Below are positions 27,529-36,493 of a stretch of 64,000 nt of DNA, one piece after another (within the stretch, counting starts at the first letter, position 1; the number at the start of each line of letters is the position of its first letter). The notes under the pieces were generated by a model. The model made no database searches and was not told where the DNA came from. It saw nothing but the letters and a program-made list of their open reading frames with translations. Source of the DNA: a virus (Duplodnaviria > Heunggongvirae > Uroviricota > Caudoviricetes); IMG/VR virus record IMGVR_UViG_3300035396_000446, positions 35,006 to 99,005 of that record; one strand, given 5' to 3'. The translations under genes and the position numbers were made by a program.

Positions 27529-27831
27529 TTATTTCCTTTCACACTTTATTTTTAGATTGTACTCTTGTTCAGCACATATACACTTTCTATTATCTCCAAC
27601 CTCATCTAAATGCTCTAACAGCTTAAAAGCCATTGTCGCTTCTTCTTTTGTAAAATGAACTGACTCGATTTCCCCTAAACTAATTTGTTTAAGTATAATC
27701 AAACATAGTTTTCTGTCATTTATTATATCCGCATCTTCAACTTCAAACTTTGTTCTTAGTTGAAAAGTTTCAGAAACCATCATGTTAAGTTTCTCTAGAT
27801 ATTTATCCAAATAACACTCAAAAATAGACAT
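27529..27831 (-). CDS. hypothetical protein
   Basis: 100-aa ORF. Confidence 0.35.
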   Translation of the reverse strand: MSIFECYLDKYLEKLNMMVSETFQLRTKFEVEDADIINDRKLCLIILKQISLGEIESVHFTKEEATMAFKLLEHLDEVGDNRKCICAEQEYNLKIKCERK

Positions 27832-27846
27832 TTCGCCCCAGTTTGA

Positions 27847-28026
27847 TTATTTGACTTTTTCCCACTCATGACCGCCAAAGCCTAATTGAAGCTTTGCATG
27901 TCTCTCACAATACCCTGGATTCCCTTCTACTGCGTTCCTCTTTATCCAAACTACGCTTTCGTAGCACCCTGTTTTACAACAGATAACAACTGACGGAGGT
28001 TCTTCAGGTCTTTCAGGTTCTTCCAT
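27847..28026 (-). CDS. small Cys-rich protein (59 aa), below the ORF-track cutoff
   Basis: ATG at 28026-28024, TAA at 27849-27847. Translation: MEEPERPEEPPSVVICCKTGCYESVVWIKRNAVEGNPGYCERHAKLQLGFGGHEWEKVK. Fills an otherwise uncalled gap. Confidence 0.3.
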   Translation of the reverse strand: MEEPERPEEPPSVVICCKTGCYESVVWIKRNAVEGNPGYCERHAKLQLGFGGHEWEKVK

Positions 28027-28792
28027 GTATCCTCACTGCTAGGTGGTATAATAGATTATCTTTAATTTTCTATTAGTTTTTACAATTTTTTTCTGTTATG
28101 ACCAAAATCTAAAAGCCCAGTCTAGTAATTTCTTGGTCATAAGATAAGATACTGTTATTGAAACTAAAAGTCCCAATATTAGTATCTTTACAGAATCTGT
28201 CATAAATGCAATGATATACACTACTGAGGGAATTAATTGTAATAAGAAATATTTAATCATTGTATTCCCCATATTAACATTAAAGCCGTTACGAACATTG
28301 TTACAAAACTCACCATTATTATAACCGATAACATTATTGGTGATATTGTAAATGAAGAAAATACATCTTGTGACTTGAGTGCCTTACTACTTATTAACCA
28401 TGTGATGATTGATGTTAGAAATATCTTTAAGATTAGTATTGTATTCATTTTGTCATCAATCCTAGTAAATATATGATAGACATGCTTATAACAATAGCAC
28501 CTACTAAATAGACACCAAAGCCTATTAGGGTTATTATCTTTGTGAGAATAGAACTATTCTCACATGATAAGTTTTTTATTGTTATCATTTTGTAATAATC
28601 ACTCATTTATGTTTCCTTATTTTGAGAAAATTGAATAATAAACCAGGGTCAAGTTCATTTTGATCTTCTAAATACCATTGTTCAATTTGATTGTACCTTT
28701 CCTTGGTAAGTTTAATTGATCTAATCCCAACTTTAAATTCGACTAAGTTGTCTTCTTCTGCTATCAGTACATCTTTATAATAGTTCACCATT

Positions 28793-30013
28793 TTATAGAA
28801 ACCTACCCATAAACTGATTTTTCGCTTCATCCAAGTTGCTTACTGATGTCAATAGATTGACATCAACAGAGGCACTCTTGTCCACGAACGTAGATCCTTT
28901 CGGGTCGGTTTTGGCCAACTCGGCCATACCTTGGTTTAGAATATTAATAGAGGCGTTATAGTCTCTATCTATTTCTAAACCACATTTTTCACATTTAAAA
29001 GTCCTATCTTTCAAAGTTAGATCAACTTTTTTCCAACCACAACTAGAGCATGTCTTACTGGAAGGGAAGAACCTATCTACTTGATGAATAGTTCTACCAT
29101 ACCAACCTGACTTATATTTTAATTTTGTAACAAAAGAAGACCAAGACACATCATGGATTGCTTTGGCTAGTTTGTGATTTCTCACTATTCCTTTTATATG
29201 TAAATCCTCCAAACAGATAACTTGGCTCTCGTTAGCTATTTTAGAAGATAATTCATTTAAAAAATGGTTTCTCTGATTTGATACATGAAGATGGACTTTT
29301 GCTAACTTTACTCTTTGTTTTTCATAACGATTACTTCCTTTTACTTTTCTACTTAGCCTTCTTTGTAGAGTCTTTGTTTTATTTTCTGAATTTCTTCCAA
29401 AATGGGGATTCTCTATAATAGTTTTATCAGACATTACAGCAAACTCTTTTAGGCCTAGATCTATCCCAATGGATTTTGACTGGACCGGTAAGGTAGGAAT
29501 TTCTACATCACATAAGATTGATGCGAAATAATGACCTACCTTATTTTTGGATATAGTCACGTTACATATTTTTATAGTTTGTAGTATATCAAGGTATGAC
29601 CCCGATGCCTTAAATGAAACAAACCCAAGTTTTAATAATTTTATCTTAGTCTCAAGTACTTTACAGAAAGTTTCTGTCTGTGGTTCTCTATATGAATCTT
29701 TCATCCCCTTCTTCTTAAACTTAGGGAACCCTGATCCCATCTTTTTCATATTTTTGAAAGCTTCTGTTAAATCATTTTGAGCTTGTTGTAGTCCCCTAGA
29801 AGACCCTAAGGCCAACCATTCCAACTCTTTCTTAAAATCTTTTGGATTTAATTGTTTAAAGCCCTCATAACTACCATGCTCTTTTTTCCAAGAAATAACA
29901 TGTTCAAGACATTTATTATACCAAAAACGACAGTTTCCTATTGTCTGATTAATTTGTTGTTCCTGTTTTTTGTTAGGATACAATCTGACTTTAAATGCCT
30001 TCTTTCGTATCAT
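28793..30013 (-). CDS. tnpB: TnpB (OrfB) RuvC-like RNA-guided nuclease, IS200/IS605 family
   Basis: 406 aa. N-terminal KVRLYPNKKQ...CRFWYNKCLE; RuvC-I IGIDLGLKEFAV; RuvC-II VICLEDLHIKG; zinc finger CSSCGW...CEKCG; RuvC-III DRDYNASINI. All catalytic residues present. Confidence 0.8.
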   Translation of the reverse strand: MIRKKAFKVRLYPNKKQEQQINQTIGNCRFWYNKCLEHVISWKKEHGSYEGFKQLNPKDFKKELEWLALGSSRGLQQAQNDLTEAFKNMKKMGSGFPKFKKKGMKDSYREPQTETFCKVLETKIKLLKLGFVSFKASGSYLDILQTIKICNVTISKNKVGHYFASILCDVEIPTLPVQSKSIGIDLGLKEFAVMSDKTIIENPHFGRNSENKTKTLQRRLSRKVKGSNRYEKQRVKLAKVHLHVSNQRNHFLNELSSKIANESQVICLEDLHIKGIVRNHKLAKAIHDVSWSSFVTKLKYKSGWYGRTIHQVDRFFPSSKTCSSCGWKKVDLTLKDRTFKCEKCGLEIDRDYNASINILNQGMAELAKTDPKGSTFVDKSASVDVNLLTSVSNLDEAKNQFMGRFL

Positions 30014-30016
30014 TTC

Positions 30017-30157
30017 TTATTTCTTTTCCTTGGATTTCTTTTCAAGCCATTCTTTTAAAAGTTCTTCAATCAGAACACTAAAGAACTTTCTTTCTTTGGC
30101 CAACTGAGTTTTAGCTTTTATAAATGTTTCGTCGGTTATTGATATATTTGTTTTCAT
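30017..30157 (-). CDS. ribbon-helix-helix (CopG/Arc-like) small protein (46 aa) immediately upstream of tnpB
   Basis: ATG 30157-30155, TAA 30019-30017, stop only 3 nt before the tnpB ATG and in the same frame. MKTNISITDETFIKAKTQLAKERKFFSVLIEELLKEWLEKKSKEKK has a beta strand (ISIT) then two helices, typical of RHH. AGGAG RBS upstream. Confidence 0.4.
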   Translation of the reverse strand: MKTNISITDETFIKAKTQLAKERKFFSVLIEELLKEWLEKKSKEKK

Positions 30158-30216
30158 AATTATTAGTTACTCCTGTGTATAAATGTACGTTTACATAAAG
30201 CATTGCTTCAATTTCA

Positions 30217-30435
30217 TTATACATATGTCTCTCCTGTTCTAAGAAATAGAATATCTTTAAACTCTTCATTTAGACCGAGTTTAGCTATTAAGTCAGAAAA
30301 CCTAAAAATATAATCACAAGTGCAGCTGCTCATTTTAACATCTTCACCTGTTGTTGGAATGTTTGTAATATTAAGTGGGCAGTTTGAGGAATGTTGTAGA
30401 TTCTCTAGTTGTTCTTTTAATTCTTCTTTTGTCAT
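30217..30435 (-). CDS. hypothetical small protein
   Basis: 72-aa ORF with CxC/CDY Cys pairs. Confidence 0.35.
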   Translation of the reverse strand: MTKEELKEQLENLQHSSNCPLNITNIPTTGEDVKMSSCTCDYIFRFSDLIAKLGLNEEFKDILFLRTGETYV

Positions 30436-30438
30436 TTT

Positions 30439-32049
30439 TTAATACTCTATATCATCAAAAAGTAATGGGATACTTTCTTGAAACTCTTTTAGTAAAGGTC
30501 TCATTAACTCATGCATAATTGGATGTGCTACATCAGCAGTTCGTAAATCCATAATGTGTCGCCACTCTCTAATATTTGTGGTAACAACGATATCTGCTTT
30601 AATTCCAATAGGAAGTACATCCCTTGCAACTTGTGCTTTTACACCCATTCCAATAAGTTTCATGTAATTATTTTGAGAAGATTCCCAAGAGGATAAGAAT
30701 ATATCCTTGGCTTCTTGTCCAAGATTTTCAATATAGTCTGGAATGATTACTGAAATTTCGTTTCCGAACTTTTCTTTTGAATAATTCACGTATCTTGTAC
30801 TGTTATGGGTGATAAATCCTTCAGCAACATAATTGTTTAAAGGAGAGTTCATCTCCAAATCATAAAAAAACTCTTCTACTCCAATCTTTTCTATACTCGT
30901 TATTCTAGATAGTTTGGTATAAGAACATTTTTTCATCTCTTTATGGATCAACTTATGGCATTTGACACATAAAGGTAAAAGATTATACTCCTCATTATTT
31001 TTGGTATCTTTATCCGAGTGATGTCTCTCCTTTGCAGTGGACCCACAATTTAAGCATACAACCTCCTTTAATGAGAAGTTTCTATTAGCTCTACTATACC
31101 CATTCTTTACAGAGTTGCCTAGCCACGCACTATTTTCTTCACCTTTCCCGTTGTTGTGATGGTGGTTTCTTAATGTCTCGGCCTGTTTAGCTACAGATTT
31201 ATTTTCTGACTCTTTTACCCCACGATTCCATACTACCCTCCCATTCTTATATTGATTGTCTATTGTTTCTTTCATTTTTTTATAAGAATCTTCAGTATGA
31301 TTTATGTTGTATTTTCCTGGGTTTTTATCATTTTTCCTAGGAGTAAAAACATTTAATTTTTTAAGGATACGTATAATGCTTCTATATGGAATTTTATGCT
31401 TTTCACTTATTTCCAGAGGGCTCAAGTCTTTGTACTCTTCCACTAGTGAATCCTCGTCTATATTTAAGAGAGATGGTCTTCCGTTGACATTAATATACTC
31501 GCCAACTTTAAGATTTTTTACTGAATCATACTCGTTACTGTTCCTTAATAATTTGTGCTCGCAAGAACAGTCTAAGGAGTACCCTTCTTCCGTGTTAGCC
31601 CTGTATACATCTCCACCTTTCTTTTTGAATACGTGCATAATCTTATTGGCGACTATTAACTGATCATTTGTTACACTTTTTGCTAAGGGAAGGCTTTCCC
31701 CCTTTTCTTGCAGCTCATGTAGTTCTTCAATTGTTATCTTTGTCCCATCTGACATACTTATTTTTGTATTACCTGTGACACATTCCTGGGCAAAAGAAGC
31801 TAAACGCATTCTAACAATTTCATGGCTGAATCCCCGGTTTCCGTGGAATAGAACAGATATTACAGGAGCATGTTCAATCATCGCTTCATGTTTATTTTTA
31901 AGTAAAGTAGCAATCATTTTAAGATCGCTACCCTCTTGAATCAGATCTTCTGATTTATAACAAACCCTAGCAATTCTCTCAATCTGTTTTGTGAACTCTG
32001 TATTCCTGATGTCAGTTAAAATTTCATATGTTGGTTTTATTAATCTCAT
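30439..32049 (-). CDS. thyX: flavin-dependent thymidylate synthase ThyX interrupted by an intein
   Basis: N-extein (aa 1-89) has ARVCYKS and HxxIxxxRxRLASFAQE. The sequence is then broken by C (CVTGNTKI) and resumes after ...ITHN with STRYVNY, restoring the ThyX R(H/M)RxxSxxxxSxRY motif. Exteins total about 209 aa. Confidence 0.8.
   Translation of the reverse strand: MRLIKPTYEILTDIRNTEFTKQIERIARVCYKSEDLIQEGSDLKMIATLLKNKHEAMIEHAPVISVLFHGNRGFSHEIVRMRLASFAQECVTGNTKISMSDGTKITIEELHELQEKGESLPLAKSVTNDQLIVANKIMHVFKKKGGDVYRANTEEGYSLDCSCEHKLLRNSNEYDSVKNLKVGEYINVNGRPSLLNIDEDSLVEEYKDLSPLEISEKHKIPYRSIIRILKKLNVFTPRKNDKNPGKYNINHTEDSYKKMKETIDNQYKNGRVVWNRGVKESENKSVAKQAETLRNHHHNNGKGEENSAWLGNSVKNGYSRANRNFSLKEVVCLNCGSTAKERHHSDKDTKNNEEYNLLPLCVKCHKLIHKEMKKCSYTKLSRITSIEKIGVEEFFYDLEMNSPLNNYVAEGFITHNSTRYVNYSKEKFGNEISVIIPDYIENLGQEAKDIFLSSWESSQNNYMKLIGMGVKAQVARDVLPIGIKADIVVTTNIREWRHIMDLRTADVAHPIMHELMRPLLKEFQESIPLLFDDIEY
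30802..31782 (-). other. intein (327 aa) with embedded HNH homing-endonuclease domain, inserted in the ThyX RHR/SxRY active-site motif
   Basis: Cys+1 at 31782-31780; terminal His-Asn (30807-30802) followed by Ser+1 (30801-30799, checked against the nucleotides). HNH module: CLNCGSTAKERHHSDKDTKNNEEYNLLPLCVKCHKLIH. Confidence 0.75.
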
Positions 32050-32063
32050 TTGTTTTTTCCTTT

Positions 32064-32333
32064 TTAATTAAAATTACTCTCATCGACAAACTCAAAGTTC
32101 AAGTCAAACTCATCGACTCTTACGCTTTCTCCACAAAATCCAGCAGATGCGTAGTAGTATACCGCACCATTGCCTGATATACCAGTGATTGTAGTTACAA
32201 AACATTCAGTTAGTGCCCAACCTTTATATCTAATTTTTCTACCGATATTGTCAAACATTTTTCTTGGTATAGGGTTATTCTTGTGTGTTATTACAAACTC
32301 TCTTTCCTTTCTTTCTTGTTCAGTCATTTTCAC
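32064..32333 (-). CDS. hypothetical protein
   Basis: 89-aa ORF. Confidence 0.35.
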   Translation of the reverse strand: MKMTEQERKEREFVITHKNNPIPRKMFDNIGRKIRYKGWALTECFVTTITGISGNGAVYYYASAGFCGESVRVDEFDLNFEFVDESNFN

Positions 32334-32339
32334 CCCTCA

Positions 32340-32612
32340 TCATTTATAAATCTCCCCAACAATTGGGAATATATCAAAGTACTCGTAACCAATGTTACCA
32401 CAATATCTAAAAGAACCATCAGTATCGCAATACCCAAGATCGGTTATATACTCTTGAGTATAACCTAAGACCACTAGAGCTTTTGGTATATTAATCTCTT
32501 GTTTATCTTGAGGAATAATTACACAATCATCCTTATGTTGCATTTTTAGTATTAGTTTCATTTCCATTCTCCTCGTTATCCCAGCCCCCTTCACATATTT
32601 CATCCGCACCAC
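32340..32612 (-). CDS. hypothetical protein
   Basis: 90-aa ORF; overlaps the next ORF by 80 nt, so one of the two starts is probably internal. Confidence 0.3.
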   Translation of the reverse strand: MVRMKYVKGAGITRRMEMKLILKMQHKDDCVIIPQDKQEINIPKALVVLGYTQEYITDLGYCDTDGSFRYCGNIGYEYFDIFPIVGEIYK

Positions 32613-32745
32613 ATTTAGGACATAACGGGTCTTCTACTGTTGTAGAAAATTCTTCTCCACAAACAAGGCATTGATACAAATATGGTTCATTGCTTGGAAA
32701 GCATAAAGGCATATTATCTTCCATTTTAGAAATCCTCGTCTTCAA
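32533..32745 (-). CDS. small zinc-ribbon protein
   Basis: 70 aa with CLVCGEEF...CPKCG. Confidence 0.35.
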   Translation of the reverse strand: MKTRISKMEDNMPLCFPSNEPYLYQCLVCGEEFSTTVEDPLCPKCGADEICEGGWDNEENGNETNTKNAT

Positions 32746-33106
32746 TGTAAAAAGTTTCTTTTAACGTATCAATAGTAAATGAATCTGGAAGAACAGATGT
32801 AAAATAAAATTTACCATCTCTGAAGTTAATTATACCTTGCTGAGTTACATCTTCTCTTAAAATCACTTGTTTCCCAATATAAGTGTCTTTTTTAAGAACA
32901 GGTTTTTCTTCCATTACTCTATACGTACAATGTCCCCAATCAAAAGACGGGAACGCGTTAAATGCCCAATTTCCTGTAGCACCTTCCATCTCAATCTTTT
33001 TCCCTTCTTCATAATATGCTTTCTCTATTAAATATTGTTCTTTATTTTTCGCCATCTGTATTTTCCTCTCTTTCGTTTTCAAATAATTCTCTTTTAAGTT
33101 CTGCAT
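32726..33106 (-). CDS. hypothetical protein
   Basis: 126-aa ORF. Confidence 0.35.
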   Translation of the reverse strand: MQNLKENYLKTKERKIQMAKNKEQYLIEKAYYEEGKKIEMEGATGNWAFNAFPSFDWGHCTYRVMEEKPVLKKDTYIGKQVILREDVTQQGIINFRDGKFYFTSVLPDSFTIDTLKETFYIEDEDF

Positions 33107-33362
33107 CCGTTCTATATAGTAATTTAATTAACGTTTGAATGTCATTTATTCTTCCATCTGATTCTAAAAACTGATGGAATCTAAATAACATTTCCTGGCC
33201 AGCAGTAAACTCTGCACAGAAATCTTTCATCGCTCGTTCGCATAAACCTGGATTGAAAGTAGCATAAGCAGTTTCAGGGCTACTAATCATATTATTTAAT
33301 ATTTTTCCGTCTTTGTATGTTATATCAAACATTTTATTTCTCCTTTTCATATAAATCGCCAT
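33042..33362 (-). CDS. hypothetical protein
   Basis: 106-aa ORF; start uncertain because of overlaps. Confidence 0.3.
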   Translation of the reverse strand: MAIYMKRRNKMFDITYKDGKILNNMISSPETAYATFNPGLCERAMKDFCAEFTAGQEMLFRFHQFLESDGRINDIQTLIKLLYRTDAELKRELFENEREENTDGEK

Positions 33363-33576
33363 GTAATTTATTTCTAATACATTTACTGCATGGAAACTCT
33401 AAATTATTATGAGGTTGATTATGACAATCATCTTGACATTTTGAGCTGTCTTCAATAAGATTATTTATTATTTCCACAATGTTACCATCGGAGTACTTAA
33501 CTTCAAACAGCCACTGCACATGTCCGTTTTTGTCATAAGTATATATTTTACCATCACCATCATGATATATTTTCAT
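33334..33576 (-). CDS. hypothetical protein
   Basis: 80-aa ORF; Cys/His-rich C-terminus. Confidence 0.3.
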   Translation of the reverse strand: MKIYHDGDGKIYTYDKNGHVQWLFEVKYSDGNIVEIINNLIEDSSKCQDDCHNQPHNNLEFPCSKCIRNKLHGDLYEKEK

Positions 33577-33580
33577 TTTT

Positions 33581-35233
33581 TTACCTAAACATGGAATAAC
33601 CTTCGGCTCTGCATACTACTGGGTCATAGCATATCCCATTTTTCACACAATTGTAACATTTTTTAATTATCTCGCAACTCTTAATCTGCGCTTTAACTTT
33701 TTCTAAACTTGGCGCAGATGCATTCTGAGATGCTTCCATAGTTCTTCTTGTTGCTTCTGATGCGGGTTTAATTCCTGGGTCTATTTTCCATACTCCATTT
33801 CTAGTATGCCATGCTTTAATGGTTTCTTCTTTTGTTCCAAAAGCATCTGTATTGCAACAACCATAACACAAAGTTTTATCCATGTCCTCATATCTACTTT
33901 TGTTAAAAATATACCAACTTTTTCCATTGATTATATTATCTTCACATTCCAATGTTACTTCTTCACCACAAAATGGACATGGTAGAAGTTCTTCGGTATC
34001 ATCGTATCCACTTGTATCTAATAGTTTGTCTTTTATCTCTTCGTAAGTTTTTAATATATCTTCATCTGTCAATGTATTTTTTTCGGAGGGTTCTTTTATT
34101 TCATTGTATAGTTTGCAATATTCCTCTTTAGACATATGCTTAAATTGCTCTGCCACGTCCTTAAGTACTTTTTCACCATAAGTTTGTTCTTCCGTATCAA
34201 GCAATTCCATGAACTTTTTATTTCTTAGTTCATGTATTTCATTATCACCCGAACTATTATAAAGTTCCATAATCTCTTTAGAATTTGCGGGATGTTCTTT
34301 TACAAAGTCTGATGGTTCTTTTTCAGCATAATCTTTAAGAGGACAATCTTCTGGGAATCTCACATTATCATGATCTCGCCAATATTTATCAACAATTGTT
34401 CCCGTTGCAGCACAGACTGTTTCAATATCTTTTCCGCAGGTTCCGCTAGATGCTCTAAGATTGCAAGTCTCGCAGCTTTCTATTAACATATATTTTAAAG
34501 ACTTTTTTCTACCAATGGTATCTAATGATTCTCTATGGTTCTTAGATACAATCTCATATAGTTCAATATTAGACAGTTTTCTAATAGAGTAATCAGTACC
34601 TTGCCCACTCATCTCTCGATATAATAAACCATTATCAATAAAATATGTTGTCGGAAAATCGTCATCCTCTGACACTATGTTTTTAGCATCATCTCGTTTA
34701 CAATCAAAAAACATGTAAAACTCTTTATTGGACACATTCCCGAACAATGGTTCTTTATAAGGGTTATCTGAGATTATATTTTCAAATTCAAGATGCATCA
34801 GAAGTTGCTTCTCAATATCTTTAAATCTTTCAGATGATTTAAAATCTTCTTTGGCTTTTTCTCGTTTCTCTAAACTATCTATACATTTTTCTATAAAATC
34901 TGGAGAGTCTACAAAAATTTCTTTTAATTTAGCATTCATTTTGTTTGCCCGGTCTCTTGTAAAATGTTCGTCTAATTCTTCTTTAGTTAATGCTATAGTC
35001 TTGTCTATTTTATTAGCATACTCTTTATATTTTGGATTAAGCTCGTTTGGTTCTTTATCTATATATTTAGATTGGGTATCCCTTGCAATTTTTGTAGTCT
35101 GCAAAAAAGTTTCTGATTTTCTAATTTTATCTAAGATACTCATTTTGCTTTCCTCTTTACATTTATCACATCCCCAGATTTCATGATAGGAATGATAATC
35201 AGTTGGCCATTGAATTTGTATTTGACAATTCAT
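33581..35233 (-). CDS. large Zn-finger protein with C-terminal Lar-like (restriction-alleviation family) zinc-ribbon domain
   Basis: 550 aa. C-terminus LPCPFCGEEVTLECED...WY...CYGCCNTDAFGTKEETIKAWHTRNG matches the Lar-family pattern CPFCG...C..C...eeAIxAWNRR. Additional CxxC pairs mid-protein. Confidence 0.45.
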   Translation of the reverse strand: MNCQIQIQWPTDYHSYHEIWGCDKCKEESKMSILDKIRKSETFLQTTKIARDTQSKYIDKEPNELNPKYKEYANKIDKTIALTKEELDEHFTRDRANKMNAKLKEIFVDSPDFIEKCIDSLEKREKAKEDFKSSERFKDIEKQLLMHLEFENIISDNPYKEPLFGNVSNKEFYMFFDCKRDDAKNIVSEDDDFPTTYFIDNGLLYREMSGQGTDYSIRKLSNIELYEIVSKNHRESLDTIGRKKSLKYMLIESCETCNLRASSGTCGKDIETVCAATGTIVDKYWRDHDNVRFPEDCPLKDYAEKEPSDFVKEHPANSKEIMELYNSSGDNEIHELRNKKFMELLDTEEQTYGEKVLKDVAEQFKHMSKEEYCKLYNEIKEPSEKNTLTDEDILKTYEEIKDKLLDTSGYDDTEELLPCPFCGEEVTLECEDNIINGKSWYIFNKSRYEDMDKTLCYGCCNTDAFGTKEETIKAWHTRNGVWKIDPGIKPASEATRRTMEASQNASAPSLEKVKAQIKSCEIIKKCYNCVKNGICYDPVVCRAEGYSMFR

Positions 35234-35235
35234 TT

Positions 35236-35457
35236 CTATACCTTAACATAATCAGGAAACTTTGGAATAACGGATGTTAGTTGCCTAACTACAAATCCCT
35301 CAGATTTATAATGATATAGACCATCTTCATATGCTTTTTCATATGAGGTAAATACTCTCATTGATGAGCCTCCGCAATAAACAATATATAACCCATCTTC
35401 GATAATCTTATCTAAGTTTTTAGCATTTTCAATTACTTGTTTTTCTATTTTATTCAT
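35236..35457 (-). CDS. hypothetical protein
   Basis: 73-aa ORF; start context AAAGGACAAACAAATG. Confidence 0.35.
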   Translation of the reverse strand: MNKIEKQVIENAKNLDKIIEDGLYIVYCGGSSMRVFTSYEKAYEDGLYHYKSEGFVVRQLTSVIPKFPDYVKV

Positions 35458-35767
35458 TTGTTTGTCCTTTAGATTCCTTATATGAAAATAGTTTAATTTT
35501 ATATTTCAACATTTTGAGTGTAGTTTTGAATATTGAAATATGTTCTATCCAATCTTTATCTATTTCATTATGAAGTTTTTCATTATTATTTAAAAAAATA
35601 TGAATAAACCAATGCAATAATTCATGTAATAGTATTTTGATTGTTGTTAATCCTAAGTCATTTCTTATCCATATTGATGTACGAAATGGATGATAAGCCG
35701 CGATATCACTATTTATTATCCATTGTGGTAATTCATTAACAAATATTATTTTAGGAAATTTTATCAT
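35450..35767 (-). CDS. putative zinc metallopeptidase (HExxH)
   Basis: 105 aa containing LLHELLHWFIH (HExxHxxxH). Confidence 0.35.
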   Translation of the reverse strand: MIKFPKIIFVNELPQWIINSDIAAYHPFRTSIWIRNDLGLTTIKILLHELLHWFIHIFLNNNEKLHNEIDKDWIEHISIFKTTLKMLKYKIKLFSYKESKGQTNE

Positions 35768-35832
35768 ATTGTTTCAGTTTTTGCAGCGTTTTCAATTACT
35801 TTTTTTTCTATTTTTTTCATTTTATTTCCTTT

Positions 35833-36282
35833 TTAATATATCCTATACCCTCCCAAAGGTGTTGGGTCAAAATAATCACGTTCATATGGTTTCTTAACCT
35901 TGGTTTTTTTGGTCTTAGCTTTTTTAATTTTATCCTCTTCCCAAGGTGGTGTTTTAGTTTCACAAACATGTCCTTCCGCACTGTTATATGCTTTTCTACA
36001 TTTTTGACATATTATAAATCCACCGAATACCATTGGTTTTTCTTCTAGATTCTTTTCTAATTTAGAAAATCTCTTATACATATCGATAGAAACATCTATC
36101 TTATCTCTGAGGCTTGAAAGATGTTCTAATGCTTTTTTGGCACTAATATTAAAACATGGTTCTATTTCCGTTCCACTGGACATTTCACAATGGTTATTAA
36201 AAGAACATTTGTTACACTTACCTGCTTGACACCATCTAATCCCAACTGTTAATAATTTAATCGAATCTTTTGTTTTTCCCAT
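35833..36282 (-). CDS. Cys-rich hypothetical protein
   Basis: 149 aa with multiple CxxC pairs (CQAGKCNKC...CQKC...C). Confidence 0.4.
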   Translation of the reverse strand: MGKTKDSIKLLTVGIRWCQAGKCNKCSFNNHCEMSSGTEIEPCFNISAKKALEHLSSLRDKIDVSIDMYKRFSKLEKNLEEKPMVFGGFIICQKCRKAYNSAEGHVCETKTPPWEEDKIKKAKTKKTKVKKPYERDYFDPTPLGGYRIY

Positions 36283-36292
36283 TTATCTATTC

Positions 36293-36490
36293 CTATATAG
36301 TGAAAGGTCTATTCATTTTTTCTATTGGTACAGTTAAAATCTTATCGATTCTCTCGGCTTCTTTAATTGCTTTTTCTCTTATTTGTTTTTCTCTTTCTGC
36401 AAAATTAGTCTGACCCCAAGTAGATGCTTTTTCAACAGATTTTGCGAATGTTTCAGAGTTCTTAATTTCATCTAATATGTTCATTTTCAA
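36293..36490 (-). CDS. hypothetical small protein
   Basis: 65-aa ORF. Confidence 0.3.
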   Translation of the reverse strand: MKMNILDEIKNSETFAKSVEKASTWGQTNFAEREKQIREKAIKEAERIDKILTVPIEKMNRPFTI

Positions 36491-36493
36491 TCC

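Larger units (their letters stand above)
28600..30160 (-). mobile_element. IS200/IS605-family element (TnpB-only, IS1341-like); boundaries approximate
   Basis: Contains an intact tnpB, a 46-aa RHH ORF upstream and about 200 nt at the tnpB 3' end where an omega-RNA/right end would lie. No Y1 or serine TnpA nearby. Ends not resolvable by eye. Confidence 0.45.

Noticed and set aside
28041-28052. Plus-strand extended -10 element TGGTATAAT
   Set aside because: No acceptable -35, no plus-strand gene downstream, and it lies in the start region of a small minus-strand membrane ORF. Most likely chance in AT-rich sequence.
28095-28141. 10-bp inverted repeat TTATGACCAA...TTGGTCATAA as a candidate IS200/IS605 end hairpin
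   Set aside because: It lies about 650 nt from the tnpB 3' end, beyond two small membrane-protein ORFs, and falls within a small ORF (28095-28262). No matching subterminal hairpin near the tnpB 5' side.
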